Positions 42,154 through 57,185 of a DNA stretch of 64,000 nucleotides are shown here, one piece after another. The notes beneath the pieces are model-generated. The model was not told the DNA's origin and ran no database searches. It saw only the letters and a list, made by a program, of their open reading frames with translations. This DNA comes from the human T2T-CHM13v2.0 reference genome, Homo sapiens: assembly GCF_009914755.1 (NCBI RefSeq), contig NC_060934.1. One strand, 5' to 3'. Every line of letters begins with the position of its first letter. Position 1 is the first letter of the stretch. The translations under genes and the position numbers were made by a program.

Positions 42154-44060
42154 GTAAGTTCAAAGAAGTGTTCTAGCACCAGGAAACACTTAACAATATA
42201 CAGAGAAAGGAAGCTCGGACTGATGTTTAGGTTGTCTATCTAAAATGATCCCAGGAGAGGCATAGATGGAAAACTATTCTGCACATTTTTCCCCAGAAAT
42301 AGAGTATTAGTTTTATAGCATACTTTTCACCTAAATATTGAGACTGAACCTGTAAAGCAATGGAGTCTTTCATCTAATCACCTACATCAGGATGCCTGGA
42401 AAAATTGTGACAATATATATGTATATACATAATTTCTGTTTTGAGTAGGCTTGCAATTTTTAAAAACAAGCTTTAATTCAGTTGAAATAAAAATCATACA
42501 ATATTAAAAGCGGTGATCTGCAAATACTATATATGTATGTATTTCTGTATTGTAAAATTAGTAAGTTACTGAATGTGATATGTAAACTGTGTTGGGTTCA
42601 GTATGATAGTTGTAATTATAGGAAAATAGAACAAGTAAGACTCATGTGATTTGATCTGAATATTTGACATTTGCGTAACATGAGTGACTTATTTGCTTTA
42701 GACTGATATTCATAGTGGTACAAATTGTCCTTCTATTCATACTATTTCTAGTGGGATGCCAATATGTGTAAGATAAAATATATATTCTGAAATAATATAT
42801 TCTCTGAATTATCTAATAATAAGTAGGCATTTTGCTAAACCACTTAAAAGTGGAAATAATTGATGAATAATATACCAGAGAACCTTTTATGGTAAGAGTA
42901 ATATGAAATAAGGTGAAGTATATCAGCCACAAAAGCCAAAATCCCAGGAAACATAATTATCCATTAACCATGTCTTTTGCTTTGTTATTAATGGATAAGA
43001 TAAGAGGCTCTCCCAGAGAGTGGGAATGATTCTGTGGGATCATCAGAGGAGTGAAAAATGTAAAATGCTCTCAGGAACTTCATTCTTTTAATTACAACTA
43101 TATCATACTTTCCCACACCATGGTTGATACAAATCAGGCTCTGTTTATGAAATAACACAAAGATCTTATTTTAAATTAATGTACAAGATTTGTTATCAAT
43201 TGTGAATCAGTTTTACTATATCTGAGCACATGAATATGATACACTATGTTTTTATCAATTTTAAAATCTAGTAATATTTTCAATATGCTTTTCGAGTTTC
43301 TTCCTTCCAAATACTTTATATTATGACGCTACAGTTTATAGAAAGCATAAGATGATGAAAAACCTTTGTCCAAAAGGAGAAAAATCCTAATAATTCCTTT
43401 ATGGAAGAGTTGCAAATCTTTAATTCAGTTTAATGTGTTTATGTGAGAAAAGCCAACTGGAAAGCATGCTTCACAAAAATAAATATTGTGGTTACTTTCC
43501 TGTCACAGCAGAGAAGCATATATGAAATCCCTACATTTGTAGACAAATTATTTTCCAGGACCCTTTAAAAATGATTTGATGGTTTCTTAGGGTTTAAAAT
43601 TACAGTGGAGAAATACTATGTTAGTTTGAATTTCTTTCTCAACTAGGTAAACACTTTTGTTGCTAGAAAATTGGATTCTTCTATTTATACAGTTTTGGTG
43701 AGGAGACATCTATAGGTGTATTTTTAAAAATATTCTTGTCCAGCAACTTGGTAAGCACTTTTCTTTCAATGACTCCAGTTCATCTTCAGCTTCAGAATTT
43801 TTTTTTTAATTTCTTTGATTGTTGATTCTCTGTAATTTAGTGCAGTCTTTCCTCAGGGTAGTTGCAGGGCATTTTGTCCTAATAAGTCCATCTTCAACTC
43901 AAGAGATTTTCTCTCTCTCCTTTTTTTTTTTTTTTGATTATTTTCCACCCTTTACTTCATTCTCTTCTCCTGATACTTCCATAAATAAATAGTGTACTTT
44001 TGGATCCATCTTTCTTATCTCTTAAGCTCCCTCCCATACTTTCTATCTGGTTTTCTTTTT

Positions 44061-44828
44061 TTTCTTTAACTTTTATTTTCAGTTCCAGAGTAGATGTGCA
44101 GGATGTGCAGGTTTGTTACATAGGTAAACGTGTGCCATGGTGGTTTGCTGCACAGATCAACCCATCACCTAGGTATTAAGCCCCACGTCCATTAGCTATT
44201 CTTCCTGATGCTCTTCTTCCCCAACCCCCTGCCAACCCTCCCTGGAGTGCATTGTTCCCCCGCTATGTGTCCTTGTGGTCTCATCCTTCAGCTCCCACTT
44301 ATAAGTGAGAACATGCCGAGTTCGGTTTTCTGTTCCTGTGTTAATTTGCTGAGCATAATAGCTTCCAGCTCCATCCGGGTCCCTGCAAAGGACATCATCT
44401 TGTTCCTTCTTATGGTTGCATAGTATTCCATGGTATATCTGTACCACATTTTCTTTATCCAGTCCATCGTTGATAGGCATTTGGGTTGATTCCATGTCTT
44501 TGCTATTGTGAATAGTGCTGCAGTGAACATATGTGTGCCTGTATCTTTATAGCAGGATGATTTACATTCCTTTGGGTATATACCCAGTAATGGGATTGCT
44601 GGGTCAAGTGGCATTTCTAGATCTTTGAGGGATCACCACACTGTCTTCCACAATGGTTGAACTAATTTACACCAACAGCATAGAAGCGTGCCCTTTTCTC
44701 CACAATCTTGTAGGTATCTGTTGTTTTTTGACATTTTGTTAATAGCCATTCTGATTGATATGAATGGTATGTCATTGTGGTTTTGATTTGCATTTTTCTA
44801 ATGATCAGTGATGTTGAGCTTTTTTTCC
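44061..44828 (-). mobile_element. L1PA11/12-like 3' fragment
   Basis: ORF2 C-terminal peptides (DPAIPLLGIYPKE...KKMWY) and 3' UTR; 21-bp TSD tttctatctggttttcttttt at 44040-44060 and 44834-44854 followed by AA. Confidence 0.92.
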
Positions 44829-45034
44829 TTACATTTCTATCTGGTTTTCTTTTTAAGCTATAAAGAATTGCTCGAGGTGAGATTCCAAATTACCAGCTCA
44901 GTTCCTGGAGCATCATGAAATGATATCCACTTACTGATGTTTAAATTCTAGTGAGTACCTTTTTAAACTCCAAGAGGATTTTCTGATTCTCCAGTTGTTT
45001 CGTTGTCACAGGAGCCTGCCCTTCTTTCATGGAT

Positions 45035-45430
45035 GTGAGAAGCGTTCAGATTCTAGACGTATTTGAAGACAGCGGGATTTGATGACATATTACATGTAGG
45101 GTGGGGAGAAAGAGGAGTCAGGATGACTACCAGATTTTAGGCCTAAGTGCCCGAAGGGAAGAGCATCCAAGAGCATATGTTACTGAGCCCGGGAATAGCA
45201 TTGTACAGGAGCTTTTAGGGAGAGGCCAGGAGTTCAGTTTTGTATGTGTTATAGCTGAAATACCTGTTAGTCGTCCAAATACAGATGTCGCCAAGGCATT
45301 TGCACGTGTGCATGTGCAGTTCACAGGAGATATCCAGGGCAGAGATATATAAGTTTGTGAGTCATAGTCTTAGAGCTGGTATTTAAAGCTATACACTCAT
45401 CAAACAATTAATTGTAGCTGGAGAAGTCCA
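45035..45430 (-). mobile_element. L2a fragment
   Basis: gagaaagaggagtcaggatgact...caggagttcagttttg...ggtatttaaagc. Confidence 0.7.
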
Positions 45431-46607
45431 CCAAGCCTGGAGGTGGGTTTTCCTGGACCTGTGGATAGCTGTGTTTCTGTGTAGGGTGTGTGAAAGCAGA
45501 GCACACTGCCAATTCCTGGACCCACTCGAGTGAGGAAGGGGGAGGAAGCATCCTTACAAATGGAACACGGTAGGAGATTTCTTTACCATCTCTGGCAGGT
45601 TATTGCTCATTTGGGGGCAGGAGAATGAAAAGCCTAAAGTCAGGTGGAGGACTGCCTTGTATGTTTCTGAGCCTTAAAGTTCATGCTAGGAGTTCACTGT
45701 GGCAGGTCTCTCATTTCCCTGAGAGGAGCGGTTTTGCCAGGAGAAACAAAACAAATGCCATCCCTGCACCTTGTGTGCACAGAACACGGAGGAGCATAGC
45801 ACTGGGCTTGCAGAACGCTCCCTGGCATGCTCAAAGTTGGAGGTTTTGCTGGTGTTTAGTTAAGAGATGCATCCATTTAACTTATCAAGAGGTTCCTTCC
45901 TTTACCTAAATTGGAAATTAGCCGCTCATCTATAATTCTCCAAAGGCACATGAGATTATAAAACTAGCAATCATAAAAGAATCCAGGTAAATATTGAAAA
46001 TGTAAAACATAGTTTACTTTTAGTCCTAGATGTTACAATGTTAAAAAATATCAAGAACCTTAAAGTCTCTGGAGTCATTAGTGCTACAACTGTGTAAATA
46101 GCTTACTTCAAAATAAGGTCAAAAGAAGAGTTAATTTTATTAGATGTAGCTCTTGCAGTAAAAGAGTGAAAGGCATGGGAACAATTGTATGAGGAGATTA
46201 AACTAGAGGAATACTGTCCTAATAAAAGCCAAAACTCAATGAAACTTTGGTAAAATTTTCATTTGCAATGCAATATTTCCTCATAACACTTTACTAATAT
46301 GACTTATTTTTGGAGTCTATAACCAATTTTTCTGATGTAAAGTGAAAAGACTGTTAAAATACCTAATTTAGAGAAACAAGACATTTGACCATAGGGACAA
46401 ATTGTGATTGATCATATTATTTGTGGTGTGACAGATACAATGAAACTGGAGTGGAAAGAACCATGTCATTTTCTGCATACTAAACAGGAGAAAAAAAGGC
46501 AACACAGAACCCCCTAGCCACCGTGCTTTGATGCTAAGTCATAGTACTCCATTTACATTTACAGTCATTGCCATAAACAATAATCCCACTATTTCACAAT
46601 AATAGGT

Positions 46608-47017
46608 ACCAGCCTGGGCAACACAGTGAGACCCCATCTCTGCAAAAAGTAAAATAAAAAAAATTAAGTGGGCACCTATAGTTCTAGCTACTGGGGAGGC
46701 TGAGATAAGAAATTATGCAATTTTTCAAACATCAGTATGATGCTTTTTATGCTATCTTTTCCAGTTCTATAGTAGATTCTGTGTGTGAGAGAGAGTTGCA
46801 CATGTGCACACACACACACACACATTAGAGGTACTGAATGGTACCTTTAAATACACTGAATGATGAGATCTGGAGAAAGTGGAAAGGAAATTAAGTAAAG
46901 TTATATTTCCACTGGAGCTCAAAAGTTTGAGGCTGCAGTGAGCTATGATTGTGCCACTGCCCTACAGCCTGGGTGACAGAGTGAGGCCCTGTTTCCAGAA
47001 AAAAAAAAAAAAAAAAA
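46608..47017 (+). mobile_element. AluJ (5'-truncated) split by a ~196-bp non-Alu insert
   Basis: Alu 46608-46713 ends gaggctgagataagaaat and resumes at 46910 cactggagctcaaaagtttgaggctgcagtgagc through polyA. Confidence 0.8.
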
Positions 47018-47349
47018 CGCCACACTTTAGTTGGTTGGTTTAGGGAATAAAGTTGAGTTACTCCCCAAGAGTTTTTAAAAAAGGTTACTGATGAGACAGA
47101 ATGAAAAAATATACAATGCATGTATGTTTAATGTAGAGAATTTCACACAAATGGATTGTATTCTGTGCCTGAACCAGACTGTTAGCCCTAAAATGGAATC
47201 TATAATGCTGTTTTCAGGTTTGACTGGGCATTTGTTACATGACTAGCAAAATCTTTCAGTGCTTTTGTAATTGAGTCCCCTTGGCAAGAATTCAAATCTA
47301 GCTTTCTCCCAATATTATAAAGTAGTTTTAGCAGGTTCCTGTGGAGGGA

Positions 47350-47837
47350 TGCTGGGCTGGTTACTTTCCATTTCATGCCTTGCCCCTTTCCAACCTGCTC
47401 CTCTGTCTTGCAATGGACCAGGCAGGTGGACCCTCATGTGTCAGCCTACATGAGTGCCTTTGTTCCTGGGAAGGGTGAGGTGTGGCCAGAGGGAGGCCAT
47501 CTGCCAGATACTAGAGGCAGATGGAGAGAGAAGTAGGTAGGGGAATTCACTTCCCCCACCCCACATGCATCTCATGTTTAGAAGTAGCTGTGTCCCTCTG
47601 TGACCGACATCTGCCTGGCAGGCTCCAGCTCTGACTACATTATCAGCACCCCCCACTTTCCTTTTCTGCACTAAACGTGGTAATAGTTTCCCATAACTGA
47701 AAACTTCTGGGCGATTTGACATTCTTCATCAGTTCCCTTAATGCTGCTCACACCTCTGAAATTGTTCCTTCATTAAAATCTCTTCAGTTGACTCATTGAA
47801 GTGGAACTCTTTCCCTGCTGTGACCCTGACTGATACA
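47350..47837 (+). mobile_element. LTR33-family (ERVL) solo LTR
   Basis: tgctgggctgg start; ccttcattaaaatctcttca...gaccctgactgataca end. Confidence 0.7.
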
Positions 47838-48537
47838 GTCACAATGAAGTTGATGTTGTATGACAGACCAAATAGTATCATGTACTCCACAAATACTCCC
47901 CTAACTTTCAAGGCTGCAGGCACAAGAGAGTTCTGAGTCTATTTTGTGATGACGTCTGTGCTAGTCAATAACAGAGCCTTAGTTATTATGACCGTCATAA
48001 GGTAATGGCTGTATAGCCTTATATTTTGAGAGTAAACTGGGTAAAGACGTGAGAAATGGTTAGTCCATGTAAGGGCAGTAGTCTTAATAAGAAAGGAGAG
48101 GCTGTGGCCTTTGGACAGAACCATGTGGTAGCAGAGGCTGCTTTGCTCTTGCTCCAAAGGAGATGACCACCTGCAGCTGGTTCTCAACAACCAGAATTCC
48201 TTGTCTGATTGAACATTCTAATATTCGACCCAGACCCCATTAAAGGAATGCCAGTGTACCTACTTCTACTTCTGGATCTTTTCCCAGGAAAATTATAATT
48301 GCATAGTCTATGTCCTTTGAGAATCACCATGAAAGAAGGGGTCTTCACCAAAGGTGAAATTACGAGGAGATAGCAGAGGGTAATGAAGATTCTGCTCATC
48401 CCTGGAAACAGCTCTTGGAGGCTATCCTGGCTTTGCAGAAGAGCTACAGATTGGTAGCTGCAGTAGGATGTTAGGTATTTGGTCCAAGGATGTTTCTTGA
48501 GATGGCTGGGTTCTGCTTCCCGAGTACCTAGACTAGC

Positions 48538-49002
48538 GTGCTCTACCTTTGCCTCCACAGGAAAATTCCCAGTCCAGCTCTTCTCTTCTTGTGCATAAGG
48601 GGGGCTGACACCTATGGACTTCATTCCCTGGGCTCACTGGCTGGAAATCAAAGACTAGAATGCAGAGAAAAGCAGAGAAAAGAGAGTGAGAGAGATTATC
48701 TGGGACAGTTCCCTTCCCACCCCCAACCCCCATGGCTGAGGCAGTGTCTGTGTCCCTCAGTGATGGCAGCTCCTGCTGGGTGACCCTGGCCTCCAGCCTG
48801 ATGCTCTCACAGGGCTCCAACAGCACATTTTCATCTCCCTGCCCTTCCAGCCCTACCGGTGTCGACAGTTTCTCACCCTTCCAAGTCAGGCTGTCTCAAC
48901 AGCCCTTACTACTTACCTTAACATTTTCGACAACTCTCTATATAACTCCCTCATTAAAGTTCTTTTATTTGAAACATCTGTGTTGGATTTCTTTTTGTTC
49001 CT
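48538..49002 (+). mobile_element. second LTR33-family LTR
   Basis: ggctgacacctatggacttcat...ccctgcccttccagcccta...ccctcattaaagttctt. Confidence 0.5.
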
Positions 49003-49394
49003 CAATGTTCTTTCTTGAATTTTTATTCTTTCAGTAGTGTTAGCTCTGAAATAATACTCGACTGGTTTTATTGTTGTAATTGCAGTCAGAGCAATGCTTA
49101 TATCATTTTTGCAATCATGTTAAATAATGCCATTAAAGAAGAAGCAAGTCTGTTAGTAACATTCCCACATAGGAGCTGAACAGTGGATGTACTTTTTTTT
49201 TTTTTTTTGGAATCAGAGATGGTAAAGCTAAGAACAAACCCAAGGCAACCATCTCAGTAGCTGAGATCATGAGTAACAGTGTCTTCTTGGTTGAAAGGGT
49301 CTTTGTAAATGTCCAAAGAATGGAGAAGTCTACCTGGCAAACAGTAGTGCTGCATGTAGAGTTTTATAGGCTGAGTAAAATTAGCTGTGTTCAT

Positions 49395-49587
49395 TGGCCA
49401 ACATGTGAAACCCCATCTCTACTAAAAATACAAAAAAATTAGCTGGGCGTGGTGGCAGTCACCTGTAATCCCAGCTACTCTGGAGGCTGAGGCAAGAGAA
49501 TCACTTGAACCTGGAATCAGAGGTTTCAGTGAGCTGAGATGGTGCCACTGCATTCCAGCCTGGGAAACAAGCAGGACTCCGTCTCAA

Positions 49588-49613
<26 letters not shown>
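49395..49613 (+). mobile_element. AluS, 5'-truncated
   Basis: tggccaacatgtgaaaccccatctctactaaaaatac...long polyA. Confidence 0.9.
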
Positions 49614-49618
<5 letters not shown>

Positions 49619-51110
49619 TAAACCATGGACTTTTGGATTTTTTCTGCTTTATTTTTTTCATATCAGTTCTCTTTAGTCTAGAGTTCTATTTTTAATATAA
49701 CAATTTTTTAAAACTGTGTTGTTATTGCTGAATAGTTACATAATAATTATATATAAATATGTATATGATTATTTGATAAACATGTTAAAATGTTATTTTA
49801 AAAAACAAATGTAAAAATGTGCCCTGGAGAAACTATTTGAATAATAATGTGCAGAATGACCTGAAAGGATGACTGAGAAAGAAAAAAAAAACTAAAGAAA
49901 ACCGGATGTGAGTCTGTGAGTCTCTGGACAGCAAAGAAAAAGGATAAAGAGAATGAAGAATGATTTGGTTTTAGGGTAAGACAATTTACTTACTCTCTTT
50001 TCTCTATAAAATTAGTAGAAGTTTAGTGGTTGTGGACTCTAGATTTTAAAAAGCTGATTTAACAGACTGAAATGAAAGAATGGGCCATGGATTCTTGGGA
50101 GGTGGCCACAATAGCTGTTAGCAGATCAAACATTTGGGAGATGAATTGATTGCTGCAGAGAGGGCAATCCCATAGCCACGTGGGGCATTTGACAAAGCCA
50201 TTTTGAATGATCAGTTTTGACATAACTGCATGAAATGATCCTATCAAAGAGCAAAATCATGTTTTAAAGTTATGTCCCTGCCTGTTACGCTGCCCCACCC
50301 ACCAAAGCTATGGGACCCTCTTATTCACTTTTGTATTGCTTATGTGTTTTATGGGCTGGTATTTTGTTCTTGTTGTTTCTATTTTTTATTTAACTGTACA
50401 CTATTTACTTTAAAGCTATTTATAGTTATTGCTATTCTTATTACCACTACTGAATAATATAACTTTTTATAATCAGGAAAGACCATGAAATTACTGTTAG
50501 TCTCTAGATTTTTAAGTTTAATTAAGGTATCTTTGTATACCACAAAATTCACCCATTTGAAATGCGCAATTTGATAGTTTTCAGTATATTCAAGATATGT
50601 GCAACTGTTGACATATTTAATTTATACATTTTCCATTACCTCAAAAAGAAATCCCTTTTTCTAAGTTATAGCTCCTCATCACCCCATTCTCCCAAGCCCT
50701 AGGCAATCACTAATCTACTTTTTCTTTCTATAAATAGAATTTAATAAATTTTTTCATTCTGGAAATTTTATATTATCAGAATCATGTAATGTGTGATCTT
50801 TGTAACTTGCTTCTTTCACTTAGAATAACATCTGAAAGGCTCAGCCATGTTGTAGCATGTATCAGTACTTCATTAGTATCCATGGTCGAATAATACACCT
50901 CTGTATGGCTGTGCTGTGTTTTGTTTGTCCATTCCTCAGTTGATGGACATTCGGATGGTTTCCACCTTTTGGTTGTTCTAAATAATGCTGTTATAGATAT
51001 TTGTGTATAAGTTTCTGTGTGAATGTATTTTCATTTCTCTAGGGTTTATGTCTATGGGTGGAATTGCTAGGTCTGATGATAACTCTATGTTTAAATAACC
51101 ATTTAAGGAA

Positions 51111-51414
51111 TGCTGCGGACAGAATTGTGTCCCTCCCATCCCCCCAAATTCATATGCTGAGGTTCTAACCCCCAATGTGACTGTATTTAGAGAAGGGGCC
51201 TTTGGCATAGAATTGGATTTAGATGAGGCCGTGAGGGTAGAGCCCTCATGTTGGGATTTAGTGTCCTTATAATAAGAGGAAGAGACACCAGAACTTGCTC
51301 CCTCTCTCTGCCGTGTGAGGAATTGGCTGACACCTCAATCTCAGCTTCTCAGCCTTTCCAGAACTGTGAGAAATATGTTTATCTTAAGCTGCCCAGCCTG
51401 AGCTGACCAAAACA
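51111..51414 (+). mobile_element. MLT1A-like solo LTR within L1MB
   Basis: tgctgcggacagaattgtgtccc...ccagaactgtgagaaata...gctgaccaaaaca; 5-bp TSD aggaa on both sides. Confidence 0.85.
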
Positions 51415-54400
51415 AGGAACTACCACACTGTTTTCCAAAGTGGCTCTAGTGTGTGAGGATTAGGATTTCTCCACCTCCTTGTCAACACTTGCTATTGTCT
51501 TATGTTTTGATTATAGCTATTTTGGTGGGTGTGAAGTACCATCTTATTGTGGCTTAGATTTCCATTGATGACTAATGGTGTTAAGCATTCCTTTATGTGC
51601 TTGTTGGTCACTTGTATATCTTCTTGAAGAAGTGTCTAATAATTTTCCCATTTGTATTGGAGTTATGTGGATTTAATTATTTATTTGGAAGAGCTGTATA
51701 GTGTAGATACAAATGCCTTATGAAGTATATAATTTGCGAATATTTTCTCTCTGAGGATTGTGTTTCACTTTCTTGATGGTGTGTTTTGAAGCACAAAAGG
51801 TTTTAATTTTGATTAACTCAAATTATCTATTTTTTCTTTTGTCACTCATGCTTTTAATGCCATAGCTAAGAATCCATTGCAAACACTAGGTCATGAAGAT
51901 TTACCTCGATGTTTTCTTCTAAGAGTTCTATAGTTTAACACTTACATTTAGGTCTCTGATCCATTTGAATTAATTGTCATATATGATGTGAGATAAAGGT
52001 CTGACTTCTTTCTTTTCATTTGGCTATCCAGTTTCCTCACATCATTTATTGAAAAGACTAGTCTTTCCCCATTGAATGATCTTGTGCCCTTGTCAAAATC
52101 AGTTGAAAATAGATACATGGCTTCATTTCTGAACTTTCAATTCTATTTCATTGATCTACAAGTCCCTCATTCTATTAGGACTACACTGTTTTGATTGCTT
52201 TTTGTCTGCAATGTAAGTTTTCAAAGAGTTGGAATGTGTGAACCCTCCAACTCTATTATTCATTTTCAAGATTATTTTGGCTATTCTGACTACCCTACAA
52301 TTCCATATGAATTTTAGAATTAGCTTGACAAATTTTACAAAAAAGCTAACTGGGATTCCAATAGGAATTACATGGTAGGTTAATTCTGGAAATATTGCCA
52401 TTTTAATAATGTGAATCTATAATATTGGTCTACAAATGTGAGATAGTTTTCCATCTATTATTTTCAATTTATTTCTATCTTTAAAAAATTCATTTCAACA
52501 TTTTGTAGTTTTCAGATTATAAGATTTGTACCTCCTTGATTAAATTTATTTCTAAGTATTTTGATCTTTTTGATGCTATTGTAAATGAAATTGCTCTCTT
52601 AATTTCATTTTCTAATTATTCATTGGAAATGTGTGAAAATGCAATTGATTTTTCTATATTAATCTTGTATCCTGCAAGTTTGCTCTACTCTTTTATTAGT
52701 TCTAGTAGTTTTTCAGTGGATTCCTCAGAATTGTCTGTATACAAGATCATGTCACATGTGAATAGAAATTGTATTACTTATTCCTTTCCAATCTAGATGT
52801 ATTTTTATTTATTTCTCCTGCCTAATTGCCTTTGCAAGAGCCTCCAGTACAATGTTGAATAGAAGTGGGTGAAGTGGCAAGATATAATATTCCTGTGTTT
52901 TTCCTGGTCATAAGGGGGAAGAATTCTGTCTTTCATTATTAATTATTACATTAACAGTGCATTTTTCATAGATGCCCCTTATCATCTTGAGGACTTTTAC
53001 TTGTATTCCTAGTTTGTTGAGTATTTTTATCAAGAAAGGATGTTAGATCTGGTCAAATGTGTTTTCTCTGTCTATGATATAATCATGTTAATGTTATCTT
53101 GGTGTCTTTATTAAACTGATAAGATGTATTACATTAACTGATTTTTAGATGTTAAGTCAAACTTACATTCATGGGATAAATCATACTTGGTCATGATGTG
53201 TATTTCCTTTTATATGTGGCTGGATTCCACTATCTAGTATTTTGTTGAGGATTTTTGCATCTGTATTTATAAGGTATGCATGCTGGTGTATAGTTATTAC
53301 TTGTGATGTTTTTGTCTGGTTTTGGTATCAGGATAATACTGTGTTCATAGAATGAGTTAAGAAGTCAGCTATTCTCTTCTATTTCTTGCAGGAGTTCGTG
53401 AAGAATGGGTATTAAATCTTTAGATGTTCAGTGGAATTCATTCATGAAGACATCTGAGACTGCACTTTTCTTTGTGGGTATTTTTTATTACTAATTAAAT
53501 ATCTTGTTATTGGTATATTAAGTTTGTATATTTCTTCTTGAGTCAGTTTCTGTAGAGCATGTCTTTTTAGGAATTTTCCATTTCATCCAAGTGATCTAAT
53601 TTATTGGTAAATAAATTCCTTTAGAATCCTTTTTAATTCTGTAGGGTGGTACCAGTATCCCCTTTCATTTTTTTTTTATTTCAGTAATTTGACTCATTTC
53701 ATGTTTTATACCCTCATCAATCTAGTTAAGGTTTGTCTATTTTATTTATCTTTTCAAAGAACTAGATTTTGGTTTCATGAATTGTCTCTGTTGGTTTTCT
53801 ATTCTCTAATCTTTAGTAGTACTTCCTTCCCTGCACTTGCTTTGGGTTTAGTTTGTTCTTTGCTAGCACCTTATGGTGGAAAGTTAGGTTACTGATTTAA
53901 GATCTTTCTTATTTTTTAGTATAGGCATTTATAGCTATCAATTTCCATCTAACCTCTGCTTTATTCGCATCCCATAAGTTCTATATGTTGTTTTATTACA
54001 TTTTCATTCATCTCAAATTGTTTTCTATTTTCCCTTTTGGTTTACCTAGGAGAGGGTTAATTTCCACATATTTGTCAATTCCCCAAATTTGTTTAAGATA
54101 TTGATAACTAATTTCATTTAGTTGTGGTCAGAGAACATGCTTCTTACCATTTCGGTACTTTAAAGTTTATCAAGGTGTGTCTTATGGCCTAGCATATACT
54201 CTATCCTGAAGGAGTTCGCCTCTGTGTGCACTTGAGAAGACCAGGTGGTCTGTTGTTGGGTGGTGTAGTCTCTAGATGTATGTCAGGGTTAATGTGTTCA
54301 AGACTTCTGTTTCTTTGTGGTCTTTGCTTAGTTGTTCTATACACTCGTGAAAGTGGGGCACTGAAGTCTCCATTTATTATTGTTAAATTGTTTATTTCTT

Positions 54401-55063
54401 CCTTCGTTTCTGCTGCTTTTAATTCATGTATTTTGGTACACTGTTGTTACGGGTATACATGTTTCCAATTATTATATCTTCCTGATGAATTGACATTTTT
54501 ATGATTATAAAATACTCCTGTTCATATCTAGTAATTTTTTTTGTTTTAAAGTCCATTTTGTCTGATATTAGTATAGTCACTCCAGTTTCCTTGCAGTTGC
54601 TGTTTGCATGATATATATACATATTTTATCATTTTATTTTCAATCTCTTTGTATCTGTGAATTAAAAGTGTGTCTCCTGAAGACAGCATGTGATTGGGTC
54701 TTCTTTCTTTGTCTAGTCTGACAATATCTGCCTTTTGATTGGATTTTTTAATCCATTCATACTTAAGTCTATTATTGATATAGTTGGCTTTTTTCATTTG
54801 CCACTTTACCTCTTATTTCCCACATGTCTCATGCCTCTCTTGTTCCTCTAATTCTTATATATTAGATAAAGCAAATATTTATCTAATGTAGCATTTTTAT
54901 TTCTTAAATTTTTTTAACTTTTTAAGTTATTTCCTTAGTGGTTGCTTTATGACTTACCATACATGTATTAACCTATCATAATCAGCTTCGAATTTATACT
55001 AACTTAATTCCAGTATAAGAGACATTACTCCAATATAGTTTTATTCTTATTCTCTTTTCCTCC

Positions 55064-55368
<305 letters not shown>

Positions 55369-56066
55369 CCTTTTTCCTCCATTTTATGTTATCATTGTTA
55401 TATTTATTACATCTATAAATGTTACAAGCCCAGTATTATATTCTTATAATTATGATATTATATAGATTTAAGTTTTAAGATGCTGGGAGAGGAAAACAGA
55501 GGATCTATATATTTTTAGCTTTTGTTATATTAACTTTCATTTTTGTGATTTCTATATCTCTTCCTTTGCTCCTATGGATTTCAGTAACCATGTAGATTGA
55601 TTTTGTTAGCCCAGAATAGCTTTGTTCCCACAACCTCCTTTGTCCTATTATTACAAATATATTTCCATATGTTATGGACCTAAAAATAAATTACATGCAT
55701 TTTGTTTTATCAAGTTGCTTTTTAAACCAGTTGAGAAAGGAAAAGAGTAGACATATGCATTTATGCTTTTTTTTATAATTACATAATCATCATTGCCAGG
55801 GCTCTTTGTGTTTTCATGTATTTACCCTCTGGGATCACATACTTGTAGCCTGAAGAACTTTCTTTAGTACTTTTTGTAAGATAAATTGGCTAGCAACAAG
55901 TTCTTTCTTTTTGTTTATCTGGGAATGTCTTTATTTCAACTTAATTTTTGAAAGATAGCTTTGCTGGGAATAGAGTTGTCAGCCGACAGTTTTTTGCTCT
56001 GAGTGCTTTGCATATGCTATGCCATTGTCTCTGGCCTTCATTGTTTCTAATCAATACTCAGCTGTT

Positions 56067-57185
56067 AACTATAAAGATCCTGGAAGACAACCTAAGCAAT
56101 ACCATTCTGGACATAGGAATGGCAAAGATTTCATGAAGAAGATACCAAAAGCAATTGCAACAAAAGCAAAAGTTGACAAATGGGATCTAATCAAACTATA
56201 GAGCTCTGCACAGCAAAACAAACTATCAACAGAGTAAACAGACCACCTACAAAATGGAAGAAAATATTTGCAAACTATGTGTCTGAAAAAGGTCTAATAT
56301 CCAGCATCTGTAAGGAACTTAAATTTACAAGAAAAAAGAAAAACAAACAACTCCATTAAAAAGTGGGCAAAGGACATGAGCAGTTTACAAAAGAAGGCAT
56401 ATGTGTAGCCAATAAGCATATGAAAAAATGCTCAACATCACTGATGATTAGAAAAATGCAAATCAAAACCACAATGAGATACCATCTCACACCAGTCAGA
56501 ATGGCTATTATTAAAATGTCAAAAAATATCAGATGCTGGTTAAGTTGTGGAGAAAAAGGAACACTTACACACTGTTGATGGGAGTGTAAATTAGTTCAAC
56601 CATTGTGGAAGACAATGTGGTGATTCCTCAAAGACCTAAAAACAGAAACAACATTCAACCCAGCAATCCCATTACTGGGTATATACCCAAAGGAATATAA
56701 ATCATTCCATCATAAAGATACATGCACACGTATGTTGATTGTCACAATAGTAAAGATATGGAATCAATCTGAATGCTCATCAGTGGTAGACCGGATAAAG
56801 AGAATAAGGTACATACACACTGTGCAATACTATGCAGCCATAAAAAAGAATGAGATCATGTCTTTGCAGGAACATAGATAAAGCCAGAGGCCATTATCCT
56901 TAGCAAACTAAGGCAGGAACAGAAAACCAATTACCATGTGTTTTCACTTATAACTGGGAGCTAAATGATGAGAACATATGGACACATAGAGGGGAATAAC
57001 ACACACTGGGGCCTATTGGAAGGTGGAGGGTAGGAGGAGGGAGAGGATCAGGAAAAATAACTAATGGGTACTAGGCTTAATACCTGGGTGATGAAATAAT
57101 CTGTACAACAAATCCCCATGACACAGGTTTACCTATATAACAAACCTGCACATGTACCCCTGAACTTAAAATAAAAGTTTTTAAA
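56067..57185 (+). mobile_element. L1PA13-15-like 3' fragment (~1.1 kb)
   Basis: ORF2 end ([17 protein letters not shown]; HMKKCSTSL) and 3' UTR gggagaggatcaggaaaaataactaatgggtactaggc...cttaaaataaaag. Confidence 0.9.

Noticed and set aside
48184-48624. 146-aa minus ORF
   Set aside because: Starts inside an LTR33-like element; no recognisable domain
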